Origin: Candidatus Methylomirabilota bacterium
GTDB lineage: Bacteria > Methylomirabilota > Methylomirabilia > Rokubacteriales > CSP1-6
Assembly (NCBI GenBank): GCA_036276335.1
Contig: DASUPA010000342.1
Span: forward strand, 1-25,869
Length of the DNA: 25,869 nucleotides
Direction of reading: 5' to 3'
How positions within the stretch are numbered: the first letter of the stretch is position 1; each line of letters opens with the position of its first letter. A program made the translations under genes and the position numbers. Positions 8,619 through 18,138 of this stretch are shown one piece after another. The notes under the pieces are model-generated. The model worked only from the letters and a program-made list of their open reading frames with translations, did no database searches and was not told where the DNA came from.

Positions 8619-9694
8619 GGCACGCTCACCGCGACCTCGTTGGAGCGGACGCTCTCGTTGGCGCGCGTGCTCGTGTCCTGCGCCGTGACCACGTACCGGT
8701 AGCGTCCCGGCGGCAGGCCGCGGTCGACGAAGGTCGTCGCCGGCGGCCGGACCGATCCGACCCGTCCGAACGCGCCGCGCCCGGCGGCCCGGTAGACGAC
8801 GTGGGCGCCGACGTCGGCGGCCGGGCTCGCCGTCCACGACAGCCGCACCTCGCCGGCCGACGGGATCGCCACGAGGTTCGCCGGCGGCGCGGGCGCGGTC
8901 GTCTTCACCGGCGTCGACGTCACCGGGGGCGTGGGCGATCCCGTCGTGCTCGCGTCCCCCTCGGTCCGGACGGCCCGGACCGCGTACCGGTACGAGCGAT
9001 CGTTGGTGAGCCCGCGGTCGATGAATGACGTCTGGCCGGGCCCGGTGCGGCCGACCACGGCGGGCGTGGTGGCGGCGTCGGGGGCGCGCAGGATCTCGTA
9101 CGTGAGGATCCCGCTCGGCGGCGCCCCGTCCGCGAGCCGCGCGGGCGGCTGCCACGCCAGGTGGACCTCGCCGTCGCCGGGCGTGGCCTGCAGACCGACC
9201 GGCGCCTCGGGCGCCGCGATGTAGGTGACCGACGCGCGCGTCGACGGCGCGCTCAGGCGGCCGCGCGCGTCGCTGGTGACGACGACGTAGGTGTAGCGGC
9301 GGCCGATGGTCAGGTCCCGCCGGTCCGTGTAGAGGACGCGGCCGTCCCGGACCTCCGCCGCGGGCGGATCGTGCAGGCGGAAGGTGGCGATCTGCGTGTA
9401 GCCCGCGATCCGATCGTCGACGCGCATGGCCGCGCGGGGCTGGCCGAGCCCGGCATCCTCCGCGCGGTAGAGGCGCGCCTCGCCGGGGTCGAAGAGGCGC
9501 GTGTTGTCCACGCGGCGGCGCGGCAGCGTCCACGCGAGGTCGATGCCGTCCTCGCGGGCGCGCGCGCCGAGGTCGGTGACCGGCTGCGGCAGGCGCACGG
9601 TCGGAGGAACGGGATTGCCGCGCTTGCCGCAGGCGGCGAGCGCCAGCACGGCGAGGGCGACGGCGGCCGCCCGCGCGAGGGGCGTGGCCCTCAC
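8615..9694 (-). CDS. Lipoprotein with LptM/LppL-like N-terminal motif and three fibronectin type III domains
   Basis: GTG 9694 (GTGA overlap with argH). Signal peptide with lipobox LAA-C22, then CGKRGNPVPP. Three repeats of P..L.A...../L.W..P/Y...R/.D..L....Y.Y.V (FN3 pattern). Confidence 0.75.
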   Translation of the reverse strand: MRATPLARAAAVALAVLALAACGKRGNPVPPTVRLPQPVTDLGARAREDGIDLAWTLPRRRVDNTRLFDPGEARLYRAEDAGLGQPRAAMRVDDRIAGYTQIATFRLHDPPAAEVRDGRVLYTDRRDLTIGRRYTYVVVTSDARGRLSAPSTRASVTYIAAPEAPVGLQATPGDGEVHLAWQPPARLADGAPPSGILTYEILRAPDAATTPAVVGRTGPGQTSFIDRGLTNDRSYRYAVRAVRTEGDASTTGSPTPPVTSTPVKTTAPAPPANLVAIPSAGEVRLSWTASPAADVGAHVVYRAAGRGAFGRVGSVRPPATTFVDRGLPPGRYRYVVTAQDTSTRANESVRSNEVAVSVP

Positions 9695-11064
9695 GAGGCG
9701 AGGAGCGCGCGTGCCTGGACGAGCGCGCGCCGCACGGCCTCCGGCGCGGTGCCGCCGGTGACCGCCCGCGCGCGCAGCGAGGCCTCCACCGTCAGCGCCT
9801 CGCGCACGTCCGCCGCGATCAGCGGCGAGAAGCCACGCAGCGTCTCGAGCGACAGTGCGTCGAGAGCCTGGCCGGCCTCGAGCGCGTGCCGCACGACGCG
9901 GCCGACCACTTCGTGCGCCTGCCGGAAGGGGAGGCCCTTGCGCACGAGGTAGTCGGCGAGATCGGTGGCGGTGGCGTAGTGCTCGCCGGCGGCCGCCCGC
10001 ATGCGCTCGGTGCGGAACGTCAGGGAGGCGAGCAGCGGCGGCAGCACGCCGAGGATGGCGTCGAGCGTGTCGACGGAGTCGAAGAACGGCTCCTTGTCCT
10101 CCTGCATGTCGGAGTTGTAGGTGAGCGGAAGGCCCTTCATCGTCGTGAGCACCGCGACCAGGTTGCCGTAGAGGCGTCCGCTCTTGCCGCGGATCAGCTC
10201 GGCCACGTCGGGGTTCTTCTTCTGCGGCATGATCGAGGACCCGGTGGCGAACGCGTCGGCGAACTCGACGAAGGCGAACTCCGCCGTCGCCCACAGCGTC
10301 AGGTCGGCGGCCAGGCGCGAGAGGTGCATGCCCACGATCGCGGCCGCGCCGAGGAACTCCAGCACGTAGTCGCGGTCGCTCACGGCGTCCAGGCTGTTGG
10401 CGGTCACGGCGGCGAAGCCGAGGTCCCGCGCGAGCGCCTCCCGATCGATGGGATACGCGGTGCCGGCCAGCGCGGCCGCGCCCAGCGGCAGCGCGTCGGC
10501 GCGCGCCGCGCAGGCGGCGAGCCGCTCGCGATCGCGCTGGAGCATGAACACGTAGGCGAGGAGGTGGTGGGCGAGCAGCACCGGCTGCGCGCGCTGCAGG
10601 TGCGTGTAGCCCGGCATGGGCGCCTCGGCGGTCTCACCCGCGCGGTCGACGAGCGCCTGCTGGACCCGCCGGAGCCCCTCGCGCGTGCGCGCCACGACCT
10701 CCCTCAGATAGAGGCGCTCGTCCAGGGCGATCTGGTCGTTGCGCGAGCGTCCGGTGTGCAGCTTGCCGCCGACCTCGCCCACGAGCTCCTGGAGCCGGCG
10801 CTCGATGTTCATGTGGATGTCCTCGAGCTCGGGGCGGAACGGAAACGTGCCCGCCTCCAGCTCGCCGCGCACCGTCTCCAGGCCCTTCACGATGGCGTCG
10901 CGCTCGGCGTCGGTGAGTAGCCGCGCGCGTCCCAGCGCCCGCGCCCACGCGATGCTGCCGGCGATGTCCTGCGGCCAGAGCCGCTGGTCGAAGGCGAGGG
11001 AGGCGGTGAAGCGCTCGGCGGTCGGGTCGGCGCCCTGGCGGAAGCGCCCGCCCCAGGGCTTCAC
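9691..11064 (-). CDS. argH: Argininosuccinate lyase
   Basis: KPWGGRF N-terminus, EDIHMNIE, LHTGRSRNDQ, PGYTHLQRAQP, signature GSSIMPQKKNPD and YNSDMQEDKE. Start GTG 11064 (GTGA overlap). Confidence 0.97.
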   Translation of the reverse strand: MKPWGGRFRQGADPTAERFTASLAFDQRLWPQDIAGSIAWARALGRARLLTDAERDAIVKGLETVRGELEAGTFPFRPELEDIHMNIERRLQELVGEVGGKLHTGRSRNDQIALDERLYLREVVARTREGLRRVQQALVDRAGETAEAPMPGYTHLQRAQPVLLAHHLLAYVFMLQRDRERLAACAARADALPLGAAALAGTAYPIDREALARDLGFAAVTANSLDAVSDRDYVLEFLGAAAIVGMHLSRLAADLTLWATAEFAFVEFADAFATGSSIMPQKKNPDVAELIRGKSGRLYGNLVAVLTTMKGLPLTYNSDMQEDKEPFFDSVDTLDAILGVLPPLLASLTFRTERMRAAAGEHYATATDLADYLVRKGLPFRQAHEVVGRVVRHALEAGQALDALSLETLRGFSPLIAADVREALTVEASLRARAVTGGTAPEAVRRALVQARALLAS

Positions 11065-11729
11065 GGCAGCAGCGCCGCGATGTCGGTCATGATGCGCTCG
11101 GTGACGCCGAGCCGCGCGTCCCGTCCCCGCGCGCCGTCGCGCGTGAAGCGGCGGGGCGGGCCGAACCGCACGCCGAGCGGCGTCGGCCGCGGCAAGTAGA
11201 AGCGGCGCTGGCGGAGCGCCTCGTACGTGCCGTGGAGCGCCGCCGGCACGACGGGCATTCCGGACTGGAGCGCCAGCAGCGCCACCCCGGGCAGGCCGCG
11301 CTCCAGCCGCCCGCGCACGCTGAACGGGCCCTCGGGAAAGATGCCGACCACGCCGCCGCGCTCCAGGTAGGAGAGGGCGCGCCGCAGCGCGCCGAAATCG
11401 GGCCGCTCGAGGTTGATGGGAATGGAGCCGATGTGGCGGTGGAAGGCCGGGTGCAGGAGCGTGGCCCGCCACACCCGGGGCATCACGATGAACGCGATCG
11501 GCGCCGGGACCGCGACGCCAAGGACGACGCCGTCGAGATAGTTGTGGTGGTTGGCCGCCACGATGTACGGACCGGACGCGGGCAGGTGCTCGAGGCCCTC
11601 GACGCGGAGGTCGAACCAGCGCGCGAGGGCGGCGCGGATCGGCGCGCGCAGCATCCGGTAGAGCCACGGGAACTCGGGCCTCGCCCGGCCGGCACTGCGA
11701 GGCACGGAGAGCGCGGGCGCGCGCGACAT
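11061..11729 (-). CDS. Lysophospholipid acyltransferase (PlsC family)
   Basis: Catalytic HX4D motif (NHHNYLD), IFPEG motif and PVVP. Confidence 0.88.
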   Translation of the reverse strand: MSRAPALSVPRSAGRARPEFPWLYRMLRAPIRAALARWFDLRVEGLEHLPASGPYIVAANHHNYLDGVVLGVAVPAPIAFIVMPRVWRATLLHPAFHRHIGSIPINLERPDFGALRRALSYLERGGVVGIFPEGPFSVRGRLERGLPGVALLALQSGMPVVPAALHGTYEALRQRRFYLPRPTPLGVRFGPPRRFTRDGARGRDARLGVTERIMTDIAALLP

Positions 11730-11738
11730 GGCCCGGGA

Positions 11739-11747
11739 TTTATAGCA
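11739..11747 (-). promoter_or_regulatory. Putative extended -10 promoter for plsC-argH operon
   Basis: TG-c-TATAAA on the - strand, the only AT-rich patch in the intergenic gap. It lies 9 nt upstream of the ATG and there is no SD. Confidence 0.55.
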
Positions 11748-11765
11748 CGGCGCTCCGGCGGGGCG

Positions 11766-12755
11766 CTACCGACGGGACAGGCGGCGATACCGCGCGACCG
11801 CGCGGTTGTGCTCGTCGATGCTCATCGAGAAGTGGTGGCGCTTGTCGTCCTGGGCCACGAAGAAGAGGTACTTCACCGGAGCGGGGTCCAGTGCCGCCTC
11901 GATGGCGCCGAGGCCCGGGCTCGCGATGGGGCCGGGCGGGAGCCCGGTCCGCACGTACGTGTTGTACGGATGGTCGGTGAGCAGGTCCGCCCGGCTCAGC
12001 GTCCGGCGCTCCTTGGCGACGGCGTACTGCACGGTCGGATCGGCCTGCAGCGGCATGCCGATGCGCAGGCGGTTCCAGAACACCGCAGAGATCAGGCGCT
12101 GCTCGTCCTTGATGACCGCCTCGCGCTCGATGATCGAGGCCAGGGTGAGCAGCTGGTGGACCGACAGCCCGCGGGCGCGCGCCCGATCGGCGAGCGCGGG
12201 ACCGAGCTTGCTCCGCATGCGCTGGACCATCCGCCCGAGCATCTCCTCCGCGGTCATCCCGCGGACGAAGTAGTACGTGTCGGGAAAGACGTAGCCCTCC
12301 GCGCTGGCGGCCTCGATGCCGTGGGCGGCGAGGAACGTCGTGTCGGCGGCGACGCGCGCCACCTCCTCGGCGGTGGTGAGCTGCTCGGCCTCGAAGGCAC
12401 GCCCGAGCTCGGCGATGGACGCCCCCTCGGGGTGCAGGACCGCCCGGCGCCGGACCTGCCCGCTCTCCAGCAGCGTGACGACGTCCCACGTCGTGGCGTC
12501 CCTGGGCACCTCGTACTCGCCCGCCTTGAGGCTGCGCGGAACGCCGCGCGCGACGGCGGTGGCCACGAACGCCACGCGGCTGCGCACGACGTCGGCCTCC
12601 TTCACGCGGCTGGCGATGCCCAGGATGCTCTCGTGCGGCGGAATGAAGACGGTGAGGGGCCCCTCGCGGAGCGCGGGCGGCGGCGTGACCGCCATCCAGA
12701 CGACGGCCCCGAGCCCGGCGGCCAGCGTGAGGAGGGCGACCCGGCGCAGCGTCAT
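11766..12755 (-). CDS. mltG: Endolytic transglycosylase MltG (YceG family)
   Basis: N-terminal TM anchor, LKAGEYE, EGYVFPDTY, catalytic Glu in LASIIERE, PLQADPTVQY and YNTY...GLPPGPIASPG. Start taken at ATG 12755 (MTLRRVALL). Confidence 0.93.
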   Translation of the reverse strand: MTLRRVALLTLAAGLGAVVWMAVTPPPALREGPLTVFIPPHESILGIASRVKEADVVRSRVAFVATAVARGVPRSLKAGEYEVPRDATTWDVVTLLESGQVRRRAVLHPEGASIAELGRAFEAEQLTTAEEVARVAADTTFLAAHGIEAASAEGYVFPDTYYFVRGMTAEEMLGRMVQRMRSKLGPALADRARARGLSVHQLLTLASIIEREAVIKDEQRLISAVFWNRLRIGMPLQADPTVQYAVAKERRTLSRADLLTDHPYNTYVRTGLPPGPIASPGLGAIEAALDPAPVKYLFFVAQDDKRHHFSMSIDEHNRAVARYRRLSRR

Positions 12756-12873
12756 GATGTCGAGTGTACCCTGCGGCTCGCCGGAGCCGGAAAACCCGCG
12801 CCCGGGGCGCCCGGCGTCCGGCCCCGGGCGCCGCGGGCCGCCCGGGGCCCGCATGGGACGCGACCGCCGTCTT

Positions 12874-12882
12874 TGGTATACT
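12874..12882 (+). promoter_or_regulatory. Putative extended -10 promoter for rpoA
   Basis: TG-g-TATACT, about 46 nt upstream of ATG 12929. SD GGAGG at 12919-12923. Confidence 0.6.
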
Positions 12883-12928
12883 GACGGGCCTTGGGGTATC
12901 GCCCCCTTACTCTGCCACGGAGGTCCGC

Positions 12929-13942
12929 ATGCAGGAGCTGCAGCTCCCCACTCGCCACGACTGGAACGCCACGGAAAAGGTGTACGGCAAGATCGTCATC
13001 GAGCCGTTCGAGCCCGGCTTCGCGCTGACGGTCGGCATCGCCTACCGCCGCGTGCTCCTGTCGGCCATCCACGGCGCCGCGCCGACCTGGGTGAAGATCG
13101 AGAACGTCCTCCACGAGTTCTCGCACCTGCCCGGGGTCCAGGAAGACACGCTCGACATCATGATGAACCTCCGGAAGGTGACGTTCGCGCTGCACGTCAA
13201 CCGCCCGAAGATCCTTCGCCTCAAGGCGCAGGGCACGCGCGCGGTCAAGGCCGGCGACTTCGAGCCGGATTCGGACGTGGACGTCCTCACGCCCGACGTG
13301 ACGCTGGCCACGCTCGACAAGGACGGGATGCTCGAGATGGAGGTGTGCATCGAGCGCGGCCGCGGCTACCAGCCGGCCGAGAAGCGCGAGCCCGAGGCGC
13401 TTCCGATCAACGCCATCCTCCTCGACGCCGACTTCTCGCCGGTCAAGCGCGTGAACTTCCACGTCGAGCCGGTCCACACCGGCAAGAGCGACGGTCCCGG
13501 CCCCGAGCGGCTCGTGCTCGAGGTCTGGACGGACGGCAGCGTGACGCCGCAGGCGGCCGTCGGCGAGGCCTCGCGCATCCTGCAGGACCACTTCACGCTC
13601 CTCACGAACTTCCCCGAACTCGTCCTGCAGGAGGAGGAGGACGCCGAGCGGGGCGAGCCGCGGCCCGGCGCGGAGCTCAACGACAACCTCTTCCGCAACG
13701 TCGACGAGCTGGAGCTCTCCGTGCGCGCCTCGAACTGCCTGAAGACGGCGAACATCCGCACCATCGCCGACCTCGTCCAGAAGAGCGAGGCCGAGCTCCT
13801 CAAGACGAAGAACTTCGGCAAGAAGTCGCTGAACGAGATCAAGACCATCCTCGGCGAGATGGGCCTCTCGCTCGGCATGCGCCTCGACCCCGAAGAAGTC
13901 GAGCGCCTCCGCTCCCAGTTCGAACGCGCCTACGAAGCCTAG
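12929..13942 (+). CDS. rpoA: DNA-directed RNA polymerase subunit alpha, stand-alone and divergent copy (337 aa)
   Basis: RRVLLS, VLHEFS.LPGVQED, GRGY.PAE, DA.FSPV, WTDGSV.P and alpha-[17 protein letters not shown]...[18 protein letters not shown] 5 nt before ATG 12929; the track's start at 12764 is spurious. Confidence 0.95.
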   Translation: MQELQLPTRHDWNATEKVYGKIVIEPFEPGFALTVGIAYRRVLLSAIHGAAPTWVKIENVLHEFSHLPGVQEDTLDIMMNLRKVTFALHVNRPKILRLKAQGTRAVKAGDFEPDSDVDVLTPDVTLATLDKDGMLEMEVCIERGRGYQPAEKREPEALPINAILLDADFSPVKRVNFHVEPVHTGKSDGPGPERLVLEVWTDGSVTPQAAVGEASRILQDHFTLLTNFPELVLQEEEDAERGEPRPGAELNDNLFRNVDELELSVRASNCLKTANIRTIADLVQKSEAELLKTKNFGKKSLNEIKTILGEMGLSLGMRLDPEEVERLRSQFERAYEA

Positions 13943-13992
13943 GCCGGCGCCGCCAGGCGCGGCGTCCCGGCCGCCAGCGCGGCCCGGCGGGC

Positions 13993-14014
13993 CGGGGCGC
14001 CCCGGGGCGCCCCG
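13993..14014. repeat. 22-bp perfect palindrome / tandem 10-mer between convergent rpoA and dapL; possible bidirectional hairpin
   Basis: CGGGGCGCCCCGGGGCGCCCCG equals its own reverse complement. There is no U-tract on either side. Confidence 0.5.
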
Positions 14015-14093
14015 CCTCTAGCGCTGCACCTCGCGTGCTGGGGAACGTCGGTTCAGCGCCCGCCCCGCCGCACGGCCGGAGTCGCACGCCGGA

Positions 14094-15329
14094 TCAGCGG
14101 TGGAGACGGGACTTGATGCGGTCGACCGCTTCCTGGGTGGCCTCCTTGGCCCCGAACGCCGTGAGCCGGAAGTACCCTTCGCCGCTCGGCCCGAAGCCCG
14201 CGCCCGGCGTGCCGACGACGTGCGCCTCGTTGAGGAGCCTGTCGAAGAAGCCCCAGGAGTCGAGCCCCGGCGGCGTCTTCACCCAGATGTAGGGCGCGTT
14301 GCGCGCGCCGTAGACGCTGAGGCCGGCCGCCTCGAGCCCCTCGCGGATCAGCCGGGCGTTGTCCATGTAGTAGTCGATGGTCGCGCGCACCTGCTTCTGG
14401 CCCTCGGGCGTGTACACGGCCGCCGCGCCCTTCTGGATGACGTAGGGGACGCCGTTGAACTTGGTGGACTGGCGGCGAAGCCAGAGCGCGTTCAGGCTGA
14501 CGCGCTCGCCCGAGACGGCGCGGCCGTGGAGGTCCTTCGGCACCACCGCGAAGGCGCAGCGCGTGCCGGTGAAGCCCGCCGTCTTCGAGAACGAGCGAAA
14601 CTCCACGGCCACCTCCCGGGCGCCCTCGATCTCGTAGATCGAGTGCGGGATGTCGGGGTCCTGGATGTACGCCTCGTACGCGGCATCGAAGAGAAGCACG
14701 GCGCCGGTGCGGCGCGCCCAGTCCACCCAGCCCTTCAGCGCGGCCCGGTCGAGCACGGCCCCCGTCGGGTTGTTCGGGAAGCACAGGTAGACGAGGTCCA
14801 CGGCGCGGTCCGGGAACGGCGGCTGGAAGCGGTTCTCGGCGACGCACGGCAGGTAGACCATGCGCTCGTAGCGGCCCCGCTCGTCGGTCCGCCCGGCGCG
14901 CCCGGCCATCACGTTGCTGTCCAGATAGACGGGATAGACCGGATCGGTCAGCGCGACGACGGCGTCCGCGCTGAAGATCTCCTGGAAGTTGCCGGTGTCG
15001 CTCTTCGCGCCGTCGCTGACGAAGATCTCGTCGACGGCGAGGGTCACGCCGCGCGCGCCGTAGTCGTGCTTGGCGATGAGCTCCGCGAGGAACTCGTAGC
15101 CCGGCTCGGGCCCGTAGCCGCGGAACGTCTCGACGCGCGCCATCTCGTCGACCGCGTCGTGGAGGCCGCGGATCACCGCGGGCGCCAGCGGCCGCGTCAC
15201 GTCGCCGATGCCGAGCCGGATGATCTTCGCGTCGGGGTGTGCCGCCTGGAAGGCCTTCACGCGCGCGGCGATCTCGGTGAACAGGTAGCTGCTCTTCAGC
15301 TGCAGATAGTGGTCGTTGATCCTCGCCAC
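14094..15329 (-). CDS. dapL: LL-diaminopimelate aminotransferase
   Basis: [55 protein letters not shown] lysine in [13 protein letters not shown], and GSGFG-like [17 protein letters not shown] start with SD GAGGAG. Confidence 0.95.
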   Translation of the reverse strand: MARINDHYLQLKSSYLFTEIAARVKAFQAAHPDAKIIRLGIGDVTRPLAPAVIRGLHDAVDEMARVETFRGYGPEPGYEFLAELIAKHDYGARGVTLAVDEIFVSDGAKSDTGNFQEIFSADAVVALTDPVYPVYLDSNVMAGRAGRTDERGRYERMVYLPCVAENRFQPPFPDRAVDLVYLCFPNNPTGAVLDRAALKGWVDWARRTGAVLLFDAAYEAYIQDPDIPHSIYEIEGAREVAVEFRSFSKTAGFTGTRCAFAVVPKDLHGRAVSGERVSLNALWLRRQSTKFNGVPYVIQKGAAAVYTPEGQKQVRATIDYYMDNARLIREGLEAAGLSVYGARNAPYIWVKTPPGLDSWGFFDRLLNEAHVVGTPGAGFGPSGEGYFRLTAFGAKEATQEAVDRIKSRLHR

Positions 15330-15366
15330 GCGGTCTCTCCTCGCCGGTCGAAGTCGAAGTGCCGCG

Positions 15367-15375
15367 ATTCTAGCA
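15367..15375 (-). promoter_or_regulatory. Putative extended -10 promoter for dapL
   Basis: TG-c-TAGAAT on the - strand, 37 nt upstream of the dapL GTG. The TAG is also the comEC stop codon. Confidence 0.6.
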
Positions 15376-17628
15376 AATCGACTCGGGGTCGAGGCAGAGG
15401 CGCTCCACGCGGCGGTCCGCCCAGCGCGTGACGGTGAGCGCGCGGCCGTCGGTCTCCACGAGGATCGCCCCGTGCCGGTCGGTCCGGTACACGGCGGCCC
15501 CGAGATCGGCCAGGCGCGTCAGCGTGCCGGGATCGGGATGGCCGTACGGGTTCCGTGCGCCGACGGAGACGATGGCCACCGACGGGCGCACCGCGGCCAG
15601 GAACGGGGTGGTGCTCGAGGTGGCGGCCCCGTGGTGAGCGACCTTCAGCACGGTCGCCGCGAGCGGCACGGCCGCGTCCACGAGGGCGCCCTCGGCGGCG
15701 GCCTCGATGTCGGAGGCTAGCAGGACCGAGGCCAGGCCCAGCTCGACGCGCAGCACGATGGCGCGGTCGTTGGCGCGCGTGCTGCGCGTGGTCGCGGCCA
15801 GCGGGGTGATCCACGCGCCGCCGAACGGGCGCGGCCGGCGCGCGTCCCACGGCTCGGCGACGCGGACGAGGCGCCGGAGCGCCGGCATGCCGCCCGCGTG
15901 GTCGGCGTCCGGGTGCGTGACGACCTCGGCGGCGAGTCGCAGGATCCCGCGGCTCCAGAGAAACGGCGCCACGATGCGCTCGCCCGCGTCGAGACGCCAC
16001 GGCCCGCCGGTGCCCGCGTCCACCACCATGGCACGGCCGTCGGGCGCCTCGACCACGATCGCGTCCCCCTGGCCGACGTCCAGCACCGTCACGCGGAGCG
16101 TCCCGGCCGGCGGCGCCAGCATCGGTCGCGCCCAGAGCGCGATCGCGAGGACGAGCAGCGCTGCCGCGGCGACGGCGGCGAGCCGCGAGCGGCGCGGCGA
16201 GTCGCGCGCGTGCCACGCGGCGAGGGCGCCGCCGAGGGCCGCGGCATAACAGACGATGGCGCCCGGCCCGGGCGCCGGCAGGTGCAGGACCGCTCCCGGC
16301 ACGGCGGCCGCGACCGCGACCACGCCCCGCAGCGCCAGCAGCACCGGCCACACGGCGCCCAACGCCGCCGTGGCCAGCCAGTCCCCGACCGGGGCGGCCG
16401 CGACGCCGAGCAGCCCGAGGATCGTCGCCGCCGCCGCCAGCGGCACCACCGCCAGGTTGGCGACGACGCCGACGGTGGAGAGCTGGTTGAAGTGCGCGAG
16501 CGTGATCGGAAGCACGGCCAGCTGCGCGGCGAGGCTCACGCCGAGCGCGCCCCCGACGGCGCCGCGCGGCAGCGGCGCCGCCACGATCCCGGCCGTCGCG
16601 GCGAACGAGAGCTGGAATCCCGGATCGAGCAGGTCGCCGGGCCGCGCGGCGAGAATGACCAGCGCGGCGAGAGCCAGCCCGTTCGTGACCGACGGCTCGC
16701 GGTCGAGCACGACGGCGGCGAGCACGAGCACGGCCATGAGCGTGGCGCGCACGACGGAAGGCTCGGGCCCCACGACGGCGGCGAAGCCCGAGATCACGAG
16801 CATCGCCGTGACGGCCGCCGCCCGGCGAGAGCCGCCCGCGGCGCGCAGGAGGGTCCACATTGCGCCGGCCAGGAGCGCGACGTTGAACCCTGACACGGCG
16901 AGGACGTGATACACGCCGGCGTCACGGAAGCCCGCGTCGACGTCCGGCGGCAGCCCGGAGCGCTCGCCGAGCAGGAGACCGCCGAGCAGGGCCGCCGACA
17001 CGGGCGGCAGCCGGTCGGCGATTGCGTCGAGCGCGGCTCGCCGGACGCGCGCGGGCCACGGTGGCGCCGCCGGCTCCAGGGCGACGACGCGCGCGGCGCT
17101 GGCGCTCGCCGTCACGTGGATGCCGTCGCGCGCGAGCCGCGCCGGGCCGTCGAAGCCGCCCGGATTGCGGAACGGGACGGGCCGGTCCAGTCGTGCCTCC
17201 ATCGAGACGCGCTGCGCCTCGACGAGGTCCGGCGCGGGGCCGTAGACGGCGACCGAGATGCGGCCCGAGCGCGTCGCGCCGTCGACGCGCTCGACGTCGA
17301 CCAGCAGCCGGCTGCGCTCGGGCGCCCAGCGCCGCGGCGCGGCGGCCAGGCGTCCCTCGACGCGGGCCGTGAGCGGCAGCGTGAGCCGGCCCACGTGGTC
17401 GGCGGGGAGCGGGCCGGGCTGCGCGCGGAGGGCTCCGAGCGCGGCGACGGCGGCCAGCAGCGGAACCGTCGCGTGGGCGGGTGTCCCCGCCACCAGGAGG
17501 ACGGCCGCCAGCGAGGCGGCCGCCGTCCCGAGCGCCCACGCGGGGCGCGCGCCGACCCACGGCGCGACGGCGATGCCGGTGGCGAACGCCGCCGCCAGCG
17601 GGGCGAGCGGCATCGCCAGCCGCGTCAC
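15370..17628 (-). CDS. comEC: DNA internalization competence protein ComEC/Rec2 (OB/DUF4131 + Competence + metallo-beta-lactamase domains)
   Basis: [58 protein letters not shown] and NPYGHP...YRTD..G. Start GTG 17628 (GTGA overlap with comEA). Confidence 0.93.
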   Translation of the reverse strand: MTRLAMPLAPLAAAFATGIAVAPWVGARPAWALGTAAASLAAVLLVAGTPAHATVPLLAAVAALGALRAQPGPLPADHVGRLTLPLTARVEGRLAAAPRRWAPERSRLLVDVERVDGATRSGRISVAVYGPAPDLVEAQRVSMEARLDRPVPFRNPGGFDGPARLARDGIHVTASASAARVVALEPAAPPWPARVRRAALDAIADRLPPVSAALLGGLLLGERSGLPPDVDAGFRDAGVYHVLAVSGFNVALLAGAMWTLLRAAGGSRRAAAVTAMLVISGFAAVVGPEPSVVRATLMAVLVLAAVVLDREPSVTNGLALAALVILAARPGDLLDPGFQLSFAATAGIVAAPLPRGAVGGALGVSLAAQLAVLPITLAHFNQLSTVGVVANLAVVPLAAAATILGLLGVAAAPVGDWLATAALGAVWPVLLALRGVVAVAAAVPGAVLHLPAPGPGAIVCYAAALGGALAAWHARDSPRRSRLAAVAAAALLVLAIALWARPMLAPPAGTLRVTVLDVGQGDAIVVEAPDGRAMVVDAGTGGPWRLDAGERIVAPFLWSRGILRLAAEVVTHPDADHAGGMPALRRLVRVAEPWDARRPRPFGGAWITPLAATTRSTRANDRAIVLRVELGLASVLLASDIEAAAEGALVDAAVPLAATVLKVAHHGAATSSTTPFLAAVRPSVAIVSVGARNPYGHPDPGTLTRLADLGAAVYRTDRHGAILVETDGRALTVTRWADRRVERLCLDPESIC

Positions 17629-18059
17629 GGCGCCGGTCCAACGGCGAGCAGCGGGCGAACGCGAGCCAGCGTCGTGTCGCCGATGCCGCGGACGCGGCGC
17701 AGCTCGTCGACGGAGCCGAACGATCCGCGCCGCCGGCGAACGTCGACGATGCGCGCCGCGAGCCCGGGGCCGATGCCGGGAAGCCGCTGGAGCTCCTCGG
17801 ATGTCGCGCGGTTCAGGTCGACGGGCGCCCGGCCGCCGGTCGGCGGCGGCGTGCGCGGGACGGCCGGGCCCGCGCGGTCGGGCTGCACCCGCGACGCGCG
17901 GCCGGTCGGTGTCGCGGCGGCCGGTGCACGGTCCAGCGCCTCGAGTCGATCCGCGAGCTCCGGGTGAGCGCGTCGCCATCGGTCGATGCCGATCCCGGCC
18001 GCCGCCACGAGAACGACGACGAGGAGCAGGGTGAGCTGGCGCCGGGTGTACAGGTCCAC
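17625..18059 (-). CDS. comEA: ComEA family helix-hairpin-helix DNA-binding protein
   Basis: N-terminal TM segment, Pro/Ala linker, then VDLNRATSEELQRLPGIGPGLAARIV...F.SVDELRRVRGIG (tandem HhH). Confidence 0.88.
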   Translation of the reverse strand: MDLYTRRQLTLLLVVVLVAAAGIGIDRWRRAHPELADRLEALDRAPAAATPTGRASRVQPDRAGPAVPRTPPPTGGRAPVDLNRATSEELQRLPGIGPGLAARIVDVRRRRGSFGSVDELRRVRGIGDTTLARVRPLLAVGPAP

Positions 18060-18138
18060 GGCGTCGACGGTGACACACGCGCGTGGAGGCCGCCAGAGTG
18101 GACGGACGGAGACGGCGCGGCGTCTCCGGCGGTCGACG

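Noticed and set aside
12802-14012. CCGGGGCGCCC occurring both upstream and downstream of rpoA, as a possible target-site duplication or insertion scar
   Set aside because: An 11-nt all-GC match between two very GC-rich spacers is roughly expected by chance. There is no transposase, integrase or terminal repeat.
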